NCBI GenBank assembly: GCA_964016885.1
Contig: OZ024743.1
Coordinates: 263,438,001 to 263,502,000 of the forward strand
Source: Eledone cirrhosa
Lineage: Eukaryota
Direction of reading: 5' to 3'
Length of the DNA stretch: 64,000 nt
Shown: one piece after another, positions 1-12,103 of the stretch
Numbering within the stretch: position 1 is the first letter of the stretch
Layout of the letters: the number at the start of each line of letters is the position of its first letter
Notes under the pieces: model-generated
What the model was told of the DNA's origin: nothing
Seen by the model: the letters and a program-made list of their open reading frames with translations, nothing else
Databases searched by the model: none
Translations under genes and position numbers: made by a program

Positions 1-119
1 CCTTTTGTATGTGCGGATGTGTGTGTGTGTCTGTCGAGGTGGGTGTGAGTGTAGTGCAAGCCAACCTACATAAGCCTTTTTATTTGTAAACTTTCTACTC
101 CAACCATAATTTTCAGTAG

Positions 120-545
120 CACCACTCCACATTAATTCCTCAATTTAAGAATGACCTGTAGTATCTATTTCATACTATTAACCTTATTTGAAAATATATC
201 TGACCAAGAATGCCTTTTTGTGAAAATCAGTCATGTGGAACTATTGTCATCTTGCCTGATGGTTTGAACCTTACAGAACCTCCTGCATCTTTGAGGTCAA
301 ATACCACCTACTACCATCTACAAACTGACCAATGAGAATCAAAACTATTCCTGCCGACATCAAATTATTCCTAACAAGCTCATATGTCCCAAGGCTCTGA
401 TACCATCAACACTATACACACAGAGCTGGCATATCTAAGAACTGACTAACTGTCTGATGAGGTCATAGCCATTCAATGGCTATCATCGAAATATATATAG
501 CAGTAAATAAAGGATTATGAGTTCATGCAATTGACTTATGTTTCG
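120..545 (+). mobile_element. Decayed Penelope-like element 3' end (GIY-YIG C-terminus plus pLTR)
   Basis: ttg cct gat ggt ttg aac (LPDGLN, ~253-270) resembles the PxGLN end of PLE endonucleases. It is followed by a hammerhead motif, AATAAA and (TA)n. Confidence 0.55.
449..504 (+). ncRNA. Minimal type I hammerhead ribozyme
   Basis: actgt CTGATGA ggtcatagcc-attcaat-ggctatcatc GAAA tatatata gcagt: stem I actgt/gcagt, long stem II, palindromic stem III, AUA site. Confidence 0.8.
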
Positions 546-928
546 TCACTATATATATATATATATGTTATGGAATACTGTTAGCTTATCGCTAAAACAA
601 TTTCTATACCTTTCATTTATATATATATATATATAAAAACAAATAACGAAACGAAATTAAATTTCGTTTCGTTTGTAACTCACTTTTGTATGACTGACGC
701 TTAAACAATTAAGTTAAAAATGTACATCTACATATGCATACTGAAATACTAGTGTGTATATGAATACACACACGTATACATATGCAGATGTAACAAGTCT
801 TTCACTGGTTGCTTTACTGTGAGCAACCCAGCTATTCTGTATGTAAACACACAGACAAACCGGTTTTTAGAGTCATACTGGTTTTCGAGGAAACACCTTC
901 CCTCTATTCTCCAGAAAGCCAGACAAGG

Positions 929-973
929 AATATTGAACTAGTTTCGTTGTTGTTACAACTCATCAGCAATATT
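929..973 (-). ncRNA. Minimal type I hammerhead ribozyme (left arm)
   Basis: Reverse complement of 1785-1829. Confidence 0.85.
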
Positions 974-1784
974 TACCTATCTACCGGCCTTTCTGGAGAA
1001 TTGTAAAAGCACATATCGTTATATGCTTTTTCTATGAAAATTAGTAGTGGGCAGACTAATTTGCATAGAGTGTGAGTACGCACCGGTTCAGCGGAGACGA
1101 TAAAAACAAATAACGAAACGAAATTAAATTTCGTTTCGTTTGTAACTCACTTTTGTATGACTGACGCTTAAACAATTAAGTTAAAAATGTACATCTACAT
1201 ATGCATACTGAAATACTAGTGTGTATATGAATACACACACGTATACATATGCAGATGTAACAAGTCTTTCACTGGTTGCTTTACTGTGAGCAACCCAGCT
1301 ATTCTGTATGTAAACACACAGACAAACCGGTTTTTAGAGTCATACTGGTTTTCGAGGAAACACCTTGTCTGGCTTTCAGGAGAATAGAGGGAAGGTGTTT
1401 CCTCGAAAACCAGTATGACTCTAAAAACCGGTTTGTCTGTGTGTTTACATACATAATAGCTGGGTTGCTCACAGTAAAGCAACCAGTGAAAGACTTGTTA
1501 CATCTGCATATGTATACGTGTGTGTATTCATATACACACTAGTATTTCAGTATGCATATGTAGATGTACATTTTTAACTTAATTGTTTAAGCGTCAGTCA
1601 TACAAAAGTGAGTTACAAACGAAACGAAATTTAATTTCGTTTCGTTATTTGTTTTTATCGTCTCCGCTGAACCGGTGCGTACTCACACTCTATGCAAATT
1701 AGTCTGCCCACTACTAATTTTCATAGAAAAAGCATATAACGATATGTGCTTTTACAATTCTCCAGAAAAGCCGGTAGATAGGTA

Positions 1785-1829
1785 AATATTGCTGATGAGT
1801 TGTAACAACAACGAAACTAGTTCAATATT
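1785..1829 (+). ncRNA. Minimal type I hammerhead ribozyme (right arm)
   Basis: aatattg CTGATGA gttgt-aaca-acaac GAAA ctag tt caatatt: 7-bp stem I, 5-bp stem II, palindromic ACTAGT stem III, GUU site. Confidence 0.85.
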
Positions 1830-2068
1830 CCTTGTCTGGCTTTCTGGAGAATAGAGGGAAGGTGTTTCCTCGAAAACCAGTATGACTCTAAAAACCGGTT
1901 TGTCTGTGTGTTTACATACAGAATAGCTGGGTTGCTCACAGTAAAGCAACCAGTGAAAGACTTGTTACATCTGCATATGTATACGTGTGTGTATTCATAT
2001 ACACACTAGTATTTCAGTATGCATATGTAGATGTACATTTTTAACTTAATTATATATATATATATATA

Positions 2069-4059
2069 TGCATACACGCATATGTATACGCACGTATATG
2101 TAAAAAATACCTACACACAGACACACACACACCTGCGTTGGTTCGAGAGGGGAGGTATGTGTTGGCGGTGTTGATGAAGTATGGAGTTGTGGTTTGTGGT
2201 GGTGGAGTTGTGAGCGACAAAAATATACAGGATCGAATAGTCCGATGGGTTACAGGTTAAAAGGTGACATAGGGAACGCGAGGAAAATTTTTTTACGGAC
2301 ATATAGCGATGTGTGTTGTGGTCATGGTGGTGGTGGTGGTGCTGAGGTGATATGTTCGACAAAATGATTACATGATCCGAAGTTACGGTGGGTTACAGGG
2401 TAAGGCAGACGGGGGCGGATATAACACAGTCGATCTGGGAGTGAGGGATGATATGAGTTGATCATGTTAATGATGTTAATGATTGTTGAAGTATGTGGAT
2501 GTATCTAGTGGTGGCGGTGGTGGTGTGTGTGACAGTACATTTACAGCGTCGAATTTAGTGTGGGGTTGTAGGTTAGGGTAGACAGAGGGAACATGGGGGA
2601 GTAAGGTTGCGGGTGTGGGATGGTAAACATATAACGATGTGTGCGGTGGTGGTGGTGGTGGTGGTGGCGATGGGGTGATATTATCGTATGTTACTATGGT
2701 TTGCAAGTTAAAACCTGACAGAGATGGCAGATAGAACACAATGTTGCAAGGATGAGGGGTGTATGGCGATGTGATTTTTTGGTGGGGGTGATGTATGCGG
2801 CATGATATACAAAATACGGGCTTACAAATGGTTACATGCAATACAATAAAATAAATTCGCTGAGATGGGCGATGGTGAGACGAGGCAGAGGTGGTTATTA
2901 TTATGCTGGGTCATGGTTAGTGCGCGGCCCTCCCCCGAATGTTTGTGCGGAAAAAGTGTTCAGCCTGGAGTGTCTGCAATTGACAATTATGTCCGACTTA
3001 TAGTTTATGGCAGATTTTAATTTAATTATTTCCGCCGCCTCAGCCAGGCATAACCTGCAGTGGGGAGTTGTGCCACGCGTCTTTTCACTGACCACGAGAT
3101 CTGGGGTTCGATATTCCTGTCCTTGAGGTCCCAGATCAAATCGTCCAGTCTGGTTTGGGATCGTTTCAGCCTATGTTTAAAGGATCTTCTGTGGTTATAC
3201 CAGCGCTCCTTAAACGTAGTGGATGTCGTACCTATATATGAGTACTCCTTATTGCCGGCTGTGAGATCACACCGGTAAACAATGATTTTAACGAGGCACT
3301 CCTCGTTTAGTGGGCATTCGGCCGGTTTTTTGCAGTTGCAGTTGGGTGTAACCGGTGTGGTGGCACGTTGGCGGTTGGTGTCATGCGGTGTGGGTCTGGT
3401 GTGTGGGTTAATGTGTTGTGTTGTGTGTGTGGTTTCGTTCTGGGTTGTGGTGGTGGTTTGTTGTGGGGCAACCATGTGTTTTCGTATTTTTGTCCTATTA
3501 GTGTGTGCTATTGCGTGGCCTAGGTTTGGTGCTGTGGAGAAAGAGAATTTTACAGTGTGTCTATTGAAGAGCTTGTGGTATTTATGTGTGCGTGGAAAAG
3601 ATTGTTCGAGAGCCCCGAAGAAGGTTCCCGGTATATTGGTGGCGACGTGTATAGAATACGGGGCGTTGTACCATGTGGCAGGTCTACTTCGGTTTCTGCG
3701 GTGTTTAGTGAGGTCGGGTGGTAGTTTGTGTGTGTTTTGGTCAGGCGTATGTGTCATAGGGGTTCCAAGTAATCTATTGGCGTTATTTTTTTTGTCTCTA
3801 TTGCTACGCAAACGTGAACGATAGTCGGAGTCCTTATTGGGGTTGCAGAGTATGGCTTTATCTCCTTGACAGTAACCCATCGTTCTATTCGATCCTGTAT
3901 ATTTTTGTCGCTCACAACTCCACCACCACCAACACAAGACACAACCCCATACTTCATCAACACCGCCAACACATACCTCCCCCTCGAACCAACGCAGGTG
4001 TGTGTGTCTGTGTGTAGGTATTTTTTACATATACGTGCGTATACATATGCGTGCGTGTA

Positions 4060-4063
<4 letters not shown>
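2069..4063 (-). mobile_element. 5'-truncated Penelope-like element (probably Naiad type) with ~190-bp inverted termini
   Basis: 2069-2253 is the inverted copy of 3872-4063. Both ends abut (TA)n, and the interior encodes a GIY-YIG domain. Confidence 0.85.
2901..3870 (-). pseudogene. PLE RT thumb/linker plus GIY-YIG endonuclease, frameshifted
   Basis: WYNAPYS...KLFNRHTVKFSFS...CNCKKPAECPLNEECL..IVY...YIGTTSTTFKERWYNHRRSF, then CRLCLAE...INYKSDIIVNCRH in a second frame. Confidence 0.85.
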
Positions 4064-4146
<83 letters not shown>

Positions 4147-4159
4147 GGTCATATATATA

Positions 4160-4345
4160 GAAGAGGTCACAGCCAAAGATGGCTGTCACTGAAATATATA
4201 TAGCAGTAATAAACGAAGCTAAATTTTAATCATTTGACTTTTATTTAACTTTATTTTACACTACTCCGGAGTAACCAAACCAACCTGCGCACTTCGTCGA
4301 GTGCTCCAGCCTGCATACTGAGGTGTTGGTATACAACCAACATAA
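4160..4345 (+). mobile_element. PLE pLTR fragment with 5'-clipped hammerhead (4160-4207)
   Basis: gaaga ggtcacagcc-aaagat-ggctgtcact GAAA tatatata gcagt AATAAA. Homologous to 449-504, to 6247-6349 (-) and to 6745-6850. Confidence 0.7.
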
Positions 4346-5130
4346 ACTCAAATCTCTCTCTCTCTCTATATATATATATGTGTGTGTGTGCGTATATACA
4401 TATATGTGTTTGTGTGTGTATACGTGTGTGTATGTTTATGTATACGTGTGTGTACGTGTATGTGCGCATATCCGTATGTGTGTATATATATGTGTATGTC
4501 TATATGTATAACACCATCTCCATTGGCTCTCACCTTCCCTCCATCTTTGTCCTACGTCACACCCACCGATACTCCCCCACTCTCCCTATATATATCCATA
4601 CGAGAGCATGCACATACATGTGTGTATATATGCATATGGAGATATATATATGTGTGTGTGTGGATATGTGTGGGCGCGGGTGTGTGTGTGTGTGGGGGGG
4701 GAGTTCCTGTGTATATATATCAGTATATATGCGCATGTATACATATATGTATATAGATACAACGTATTTGTCAGACTAAGAGTGTCTAGGTATGTATCTC
4801 CTCAAGTACTCGACACCACCAACACATCTACCACACCACCACAAACGCCACTACCATAAACAACAACACCACGACCACACCCCACACACGCCAACCCGTC
4901 TACCGACAACCCACTAACCTCACACCACAGCCCACTCCAGCCAGCGACCATAACCACCATCTTATCATCACATCGACCCCACATACACTACAGGCCAAGG
5001 CCAACCCGCCACCACCACACTACAGCCCACCCAGCCAGCGACCGTCACCAATATCTCATCATCACATCCACCACCACATACACTACAGGCCAGTACATTC
5101 TTATAACAAGATAGAGATTTATATATAATA

Positions 5131-5861
5131 TGTGTTGGTATTTTAACGATAGTTATAGCTCTGATTTATCTGAATTATTGAGCCCCCTGCCACTCATGTC
5201 GAATTTTGTTTATCGTGAACTCGTGCGCCGATTTTTCGATACTCGATTATTCTACTATATTTAGCTCTAGACTTAGCTATTGACCAGTTAATTTTATTGT
5301 TCATTTTTTGTCGATTCTATTAAATGATGAATAGCTCCTGTTTATTTTAACATGTCTATTGAGCACTCTTATTCGATATGTGATTTCCCACATTCCCGAA
5401 TATCTTTCGCGGATATAGAGGTTATCTCTCTTGCTTGATACCATGTGCGTCTCAACTAGGGTTGGCTTTTTTATTCGTCTGGACAAAGCCCGTTGATAAA
5501 GTATTCCCGTCCGCCGCTCTCTAGAAGTCTTATATATTTTTATGTGGGCTGATAGGGGGTGGTTTAAGGAATTACAGAAACCCAAGAAGCTAGATTTACC
5601 ATCTTTCTAGTGGGTCCGGGTAAGCTTTTTACATTCATATGATTTATTGATTTATTGATATTTTATCTGAGTGACCCGAATCTTCCTGATCGTAATTTTT
5701 CGGTCGTATGGGTGATTTTAGACATAATCTTTGTGTGTTGGTATTTTACGATAGTTATAGCTCTGATTTATCTGAATTATTGAGCTCTCTGCCACTCATG
5801 TCGAATTTTGTTTATCGTGAACTCGTGCGCCGATTTTTCGATACTCGATTATTCTACTATA
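5131..5861. repeat. ~128-bp direct repeat, period 603 (possible partial tandem pLTR)
   Basis: tgtgttggtatttt...gattattctactata at 5131-5259 and 5734-5861. Confidence 0.8.
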
Positions 5862-6108
5862 ATATATATATATATATATAAAATAAAATAAAATAAAAAA
5901 TATATATATATATATATATATATATTTCGTTTCTGAATTTCTTTAGCAAGATTCTTTATCTGAAATCGTGTGTTGAAACCGATATTGTTATACTTTGGGA
6001 GGGTCATGTTGCCAATAGGAAACACACGCACCAGTTGTTTCACTTCAATTTATTATAATAAATTTATAAATTTATAAATTTCTGGTTGGTTGGTTGGTTC
6101 CACAACCA

Positions 6109-6246
6109 GATAGTTGTTTATATATTGTCATAGTTCTTTCGTCACACACTCTGTGACCTCTTCAGTGAAAGAAAAGAATCCCCAGTCACTGAAGAGGTCA
6201 CAGAGTGTGTGACGAAAGAACTATGACAATATATAAACAACTATCT
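6109..6246. repeat. ~60-bp-arm hairpin carrying two divergent hammerheads
   Basis: 6109-6168 is the reverse complement of 6187-6246. Confidence 0.9.
6185..6227 (+). ncRNA. Minimal type I hammerhead ribozyme (mirror copy on - strand at ~6127-6168)
   Basis: gtca CTGAAGA g gtcaca-gagtg-tgtgac GAAA gaac ta tgac: stem I gtca/tgac, CUA site. Confidence 0.85.
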
Positions 6247-6294
6247 AAGTCAAATATGTAAAATTTGGCTTCGTTTATTATAAATTATAGATAT

Positions 6295-6349
6295 ACTGCT
6301 ATATATATTTTGGTGACTGCCATCATTTGCTGTGACCTCTTCAGGCAGT
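6295..6349 (-). ncRNA. Hammerhead motif with mutated core (GAAA to AAAA)
   Basis: Minus strand: actgc CTGAAGA ggtcacagc-aaatgatg-gcagtcacc AAAA tatatata gcagt. Confidence 0.65.
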
Positions 6350-6573
6350 CCGAATTGGTGTGGGAAAGACAGGTACACATGTTGTTGAAGTGTGTTTTAC
6401 TTCGTCAATACATCGATATGTCCAACTCCTGGTTGTGTTGTTATTCTTCTGAGGAACTGGAGTCATATGGGTTAGAACAAACGAATTATGGCGGCATAGG
6501 ACACGCTCGCATCCCATTGGTCAGTTGTGAGAATATTCCTCAGTCAAAAGTCTATAGAAATTTTTCTGAGGCA

Positions 6574-6735
6574 AGACAATTTGTTGTAGTTGTTTTTGTT
6601 TAAGTATAGCTGACTTCCCCCATTGTGTTGGTAGTGGTAGTGGTGTTAACACCTTAACACCACTACCACTACCACTACCAACACAATGGAGGAGTCAGCT
6701 GTACTTAAACAAAAACAACTACAACAAAAATGTCT
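6574..6735. repeat. Imperfect palindrome centred ~6650
   Basis: ttgttgtagttgtttttgtttaagtatagctgact... mirrored by ...agtcagctgtacttaaacaaaaacaactacaacaa. Confidence 0.8.
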
Positions 6736-6899
6736 ATACTCTTTTGACTTTTGACTTAATTATTTTACATTACTCCGGAGTAAACAAACCAGCCGGCGTA
6801 CTTCCTCGAGTGCTGCAATCTGCATACTGATGTGTCGGTATACAACAGCATATTCTAATATATATATATAATATATATATAATATATATATATGCGTGA

Positions 6900-6944
<45 letters not shown>

Positions 6945-7334
6945 CAAAAATGTGCAGAGAGAGTTAAACGTTTTTAAAACAAGATAGGGATTTATATAAT
7001 GGAGTAATTAGTGTTATATATTGTTTTAGAAGTGAGTATTGAGAGTATATCAGGGTGTCTAAATTATTTATTTATTTGGTTAAGAAACATTAGAATTGTA
7101 TTAGGTGAGAGAGAAAAGAAGGGGTTTATTAATATATATATATATATGTGCAATGGTGATAATTTGATAGCTAAGAAGAAATATCGGACAGGATATAGGT
7201 TGGTGTGGTTTATTTAAGTTAAGGTGTAGTTATATAATTACAAACATCTAATGAAATAAATTTAAAGGTAGTACTCTAGTATTATTTCCGACATTGGTTT
7301 ATATCAGCTACTTGGTTTGAAGGAGTAGAAAGAA

Positions 7335-7725
7335 TGTGGACACGTGGAAAAAAATCTCTGATTTCCCATTTAGCAGGTTAAGGTTAGAATGAATAATAGT
7401 TCTAGACTCAAGGATGCAAAGGTTATAAAATTTGTTAGGTGGTTTATATGAAGGGGCATTAGCTATCACTTCCCATTCTAAGGTATATAGTATATTACTT
7501 GATTTTAATGAGTGTATGTATGTGGATAGTGAAGTTACATTACTAAGTCTAGGGTTTCTGAATGAATGATGGTGCGAATAATATCTGGTCTTAAAACTAT
7601 TCGATGATGAACCTATATAGACTTTCGAAATATGATTAGCAGTGACAGTACAGGAGAAGATGATGTCTTTAATAAGGCAGTTCTTACTTAATGGGCATGT
7701 TCTATTAGGTCTACAATTACAATTG
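7335..7725 (-). pseudogene. Second Naiad-type PLE GIY-YIG endonuclease fragment (not in ORF track)
   Basis: Hand translation of the - strand: CNCRPNRTCPLSKNCLIKDIIFSCTVTANHISKVYIGSSSNSFKTRYYSHHHSF...LEWEVIANAPSY...YNLCILES...LLNGKSEIF/TCPH. Confidence 0.8.
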
Positions 7726-8271
7726 TTTTGGTAACTAGTATAAGTAAATGGACAAAGAAGAAGAAGAAGAAGAAGAAGAAGAAGAAGAAGAAGAAGAAGA
7801 AGAAGAAGAAGAAGAAGAAGAGTATATGGCTGCTGACTAAGAGCCTCGTTGCTGTAGGGATTATTTAAGTGTTTTCTGATTTAATATCTTTCTTCAGACG
7901 TGTATATTGCTTCCGTTTCCTAACTTACCAAACCTTTTAGTAATCGGAGTATGAGCAAACGTGTTTGTATGGGTCAATATGGCATTACAATGGTCTAGGA
8001 TAGGTTTCCGCTCATTTCATGAGGAAGCGGAAACCTTAATTAAACCATCGGAATGATATAGATTAACTAAGGGTTTTCCGTGTCCGTGCAATCATGATCA
8101 AACATAAATAGCCTTTCGAGACTCTTTCGCTTGATCCAAGGAAACATGTAGGATGTGACAGCTGAACGGAGAAATTATTGCACCAGTGATGTGCTGGTAA
8201 CATTTTTTATCGAATAGAAAGAATTTGGACTCGCAGAGACCCCGAACAATTATACAGATATTGACTTCCTC

Positions 8272-8302
<31 letters not shown>

Positions 8303-8494
8303 TGTATGTATGTATGTATGTATGTATGTATGTATGTATGTATGTATGTATGTATGTATGTATGTGTGTGTGTGTGTGTGTTTGTTTGTATGAATGAGTG
8401 TTGGTGTGCGCGCGCGTATGTATGTGTGTATGTGCGCGTGTGTGTATGTCGTACGTATGAGTGTCAATAAGTGAGTTTTTTTCTTTTCTTTAAG

Positions 8495-8770
8495 CGCGGG
8501 GACATATAAATAGCTGGGCTGGATACCCGATCGCGCAGTTAAACCACTTGGAGTGCAGAACGCCTAGCCCTTGTCAGAGCATTCTTCTAGGAGAAGGCAT
8601 CTCATGAAACTGGGTTAACTCCGACATAAAACCTGCGGCTCAGTAGTTACCGTGATGTTGATCTTTTCTTCTTTTCGGCTTATAGCTACTGTTGCTCAGA
8701 GAGTGGGATTGGCTCAGTGCACAGTCTTTTCTCACTTTAAAAATATTCTTCACGCACAGGCATTGCATGG
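8495..8770 (+). mobile_element. Short interspersed repeat, probably an RTE-derived non-autonomous element
   Basis: Clear homology to 38197-38470 and, more diverged, to 38597-38790. Confidence 0.65.
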
Positions 8771-8821
8771 TTGCATTAATTAATCATTATTAATTATGTA
8801 TTATTATTATTATTATTATTA

Positions 8822-8973
8822 TTCGCCATGCTTTCCAGCATAGTTACGTCCCTTTACGATCTGAGTTCAAATCCCGCCGAGGTTGACTTTACCTTTCATC
8901 CTTACGGGGTCGATAAAATAAAGTACCAGTAATGCACTGGGTAATTGCTGGCCTTGTGCCTAAAGTAGAAACA

Positions 8974-8975
<2 letters not shown>
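8822..8975 (+). mobile_element. tRNA-derived SINE fragment in (ATT)n
   Basis: B-box-like GAGTTCAAATCCC, body ctttcatccttacggggtcgataaaataaagtaccag, tail attgctggccttgtgcc...acaattatt. The tail recurs at 27067-27113 (-) and a decayed body at ~46265-46340. Confidence 0.7.
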
Positions 8976-9030
<55 letters not shown>

Positions 9031-9235
9031 GGTTTAAGCGGACGTATTTTGCTCGCTCACAGTAAGTCGCTTTATTTGCCTGTTTAAATTATTTGTTGTT
9101 AAATATTTCTTGTTGTGTAAGGGATATAAGCCCTTAGACTTTGCCCCGTGAAGGGGAAAGTATAATATTTGGGCCTTTTGGCCCAAATATTTGAACTTTT
9201 TTTACATGTTAAAAAATTTACGAAGAAAAAAAAAC

Positions 9236-11212
9236 ATGGCAGAGCCACGCCCCAGCGATATGTCGGCTGTCGTGCGACAACGACGTAGAAGTTGAGAGGA
9301 GCGCTACAGCGAAATTAACACACATTGATAACACAAACACCACCACAAACAAGGTAAACAAAGACACCAATGATACCAATAAAAACTCTAATTTGAAAAA
9401 AAAATGACAGTAACAGCGACAACGAAAATACAGATAACAAAAAAAGAAAATAACAAATACAACAACAATATCAACACCACTAACATGAAAACAAATAGCG
9501 ACAACACCAACAGCAATATTACCAACTGCACCGAGAACAACGGTGGCAGTAAAGACAACAATGATAACAGCGACAGTGCTAACAACAACACCAACAAGAA
9601 CAACGTCAACAACACCCCCAACGAAAACAAGACTACTTTCGCTGCGGCAGCAGCAAAAAAGAGGCCATGCTTCAACATGGACCTCTCAAACAAAGATGAA
9701 AAGTTGGCCCAGGCATGGAAGCTCATCAAGCAAGAGCAAACTTGGGCCAACTTAACTGTCCCGGTAGAAGCTATTGAGGCAGTGGAGCGCAAAACGGTGC
9801 ATTATAGATGCATCTCAGCACAAACCAAAAGGGCAGCGTTAATCCCACAATAAGATATCGAAGTCGTGCTGAGGTGCATCAGAGAAGACACCCAGTACAT
9901 AGAGAGGGGCAGACAGTACGGCACCATTTCGGTGTTGTTCAAGTCAGAAGCCCTCGCGATGAAACACGCCATGACTCCTTGCAAAACCAGCAAGGTCATA
10001 ATGTACCCCTCCCACATGAGAAAAAGAACGGCCCGTCTCCGCATTCCCAGAATCCCACCAGGACTTGACACGTGGTGGCTTCTGGGATGTGTGATTGTGG
10101 AGGGGACGGATACAGTCCCTATAGAAGTGATCAGAACGGCCAGAGAGGACTGGTCCGGGGTTGACCTGGAGACCCTTCTCCAGATCAGGCCCGAGAATGT
10201 GAAGACAATCCCAGACCACATCTGCCTTCAGAATGGGACTGTCATTCACATTATGACCGAAGGCAAAAGGCCGCAATGTTTTGTTTGTGGGAAAAAAACC
10301 CATTTGCGAGCCTTCTCCCCTCAACTGCTGAAAGAGGCAAGGGGTCGAAAGGCTCCACTGCTGCCGACGCCGGGGCGAGGACCACAACCAACACCTGCAC
10401 CGGCAAAGTCACCAACAACAACACCTATAGAAAGACCACCACCAACATTGACCACTCAGGGGGGAAACGAGGAAAGCTGTCAAATCCCCCCCCCCCCAAA
10501 AAAAAAATACACACACCAATAAAACATACATACAGACACACATACAGAAACAGACCCCTCATCTACCAGTAGTGAAAATGAGGGAAATCCCAAATCCCCC
10601 AAAATACAAAATAGGAAACACAAAAAGAAAAAAAAACACAACAAAGCACAAAAGCACCCACAATAAAAAACGCAGACACCACCCACGCAAACATCTCTCC
10701 AATAACACCAACATCAACACCACCATCACCATCACCAGAATCCCCCAAACGCAAACAACCGAAACAGACGCAAGAACAAATATACACACAAACATCTGAA
10801 ACCACAGACATCGCACTCACTCACAACAAACACAGATACAACCGAAACAACACCACCAAAACCATCACCACCACAGCCACGCAAACAAATAAAATCACAC
10901 CAACAAAACATACAAAACCTCGTGCTCGTCAGGAGGGCCAACAAGGAACTGATGGCCCTCGTAGCACGAAGTGAAAATATACAAAAAGAGGGAGAAGTTT
11001 TTAAATCGAGCACATTTCGCTTGCCGGAAGATTTGGTTCTGGTGCGAATGTCGCTCGACATATTCAAAGAAATACGAGACAACTTTCCTCGGGACGTGGG
11101 AACCCCGAACGTAAAACCCACTTCAAGACTTTTAAAGGGGTTCCCAAAAGAAACCCCACTAACTATGGAGGTCGAACAACCCGACCTTCACAAGAGCCCG
11201 GAAGGTAAGTAA
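9236..11212 (+). pseudogene. Tx1-A ORF1 (Asn-rich N-terminus, gag-like zinc knuckle), disrupted
   Basis: Fragments 9404-9853, 9866-10522 (EGKRPQCFVCGKKTHLRAF) and 10922-11212, all homologous to ORF1 of the other copies. Confidence 0.8.
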
Positions 11213-11243
11213 ACCTTCCTCTCTCTCTGTTTAACCTGCCAAC

Positions 11244-11784
11244 ATGGCCGTATTAAGAGTAGGATGTTTAAATGTTCGAGGCCTGGGATCGTCCTGGAAG
11301 CAGGGTCACCTGCTCAACGACTTCAGGTCTATAGAAATGGATGTAATTGCAGTATGCGAGACCAGGATTTCCGACACGCGCGCACTAGCCCGCATTTTCG
11401 ACGACTATCAGATCTTTGCATCTGTTAGCCAGCCGGGAATGGGAGGCGGGTGGCAGTGCTGTTTAGGAAAGGCCTGGATCTCGAGGTAAGGTCGATCTTC
11501 CGGGACCCGGACGGGAAGTTGGTGGTACTGGACGTGAACAATAATGAAGGTGGTGCCTTTAGACTGGTGGCCGTCTATGCTCCTACTGGGGCAGGACGGC
11601 CGGACTTCTTTAGACGCCTGGAAGCCTTTCTGGGTACGTCTCGCCCTTTACTGTTAGCGGGGGACTGGAACGGCATCTGACAGGTACCGACTAGATTTCC
11701 CTAATGCGCCAGTGTGGACCTGGGCTAACGGCATAGGGTCATCTAGATCGTATATAGACAGGATATTCATTAGGAAAATAGATA
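11244..11784 (+). pseudogene. Tx1-A ORF2 5' part (AP endonuclease)
   Basis: CLNVRGL, VCET, AVYAPT, GDWN, SYIDR motifs across frameshifts. Confidence 0.9.
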
Positions 11785-12103
11785 TGTTTCTTTTATTTGC
11801 CACAAGGGCATCAAAAGTGGGACAAGTACAATGGGGGGAGTTTACAAAACAAGGCGTCCTCAATAGGGAGGAGGCAATAACAATATATAAAAGTAAAATC
11901 AAATATAACAAAAAATAGAATTATAACAAAATCCTCAATAGAGGATTTTGTTATAAAATATAACAAAAAATAAAATTTATAACAAAATCCTCAATAGAGA
12001 GGAGGCGCCTTGGGGGGTCGCACACACCCCCGAAAAAAGTGTGCAACCCTTTTCCTCAGGAGCACAGAGAGGGGGTGCTCCCTCGTTCCTTCCTCTTTTC
12101 CAC

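Larger units (their letters stand above)
634..2051. mobile_element. Fold-back (palindromic) cassette of a 467-bp tandem pLTR/retrozyme-like unit
   Basis: Direct repeat with period 467 (634 vs 1101). Mirror symmetry centred on 1379 with arms ~707-1366 and 1392-2051, also shown by mirrored ORFs 809-1006/1752-1949 and 1216-1482/1276-1542. Flanked by (TA)n. Confidence 0.9.

Noticed and set aside
809-1949. Four near-identical 65-88 aa ORFs (MLYCEQPSY...)
   Set aside because: They are by-products of the tandem/inverted repeat, start at TTG and have no recognisable domain. The unit is better explained as non-coding RNA.
2069-4063. Long terminal inverted repeats suggesting a DNA transposon (also 54764-59658)
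   Set aside because: The interiors encode PLE RT/GIY-YIG and no transposase; inverted pLTRs explain the termini.
2901-7725. Selenocysteine recoding, reported for some Naiad elements
   Set aside because: The conserved Cys positions readable here are TGT/TGC (one is Tyr), not TGA.
8850-8885. tRNA T-loop-like motif GTTCAAATCCC
   Set aside because: No cloverleaf can be formed; it is a SINE B-box.
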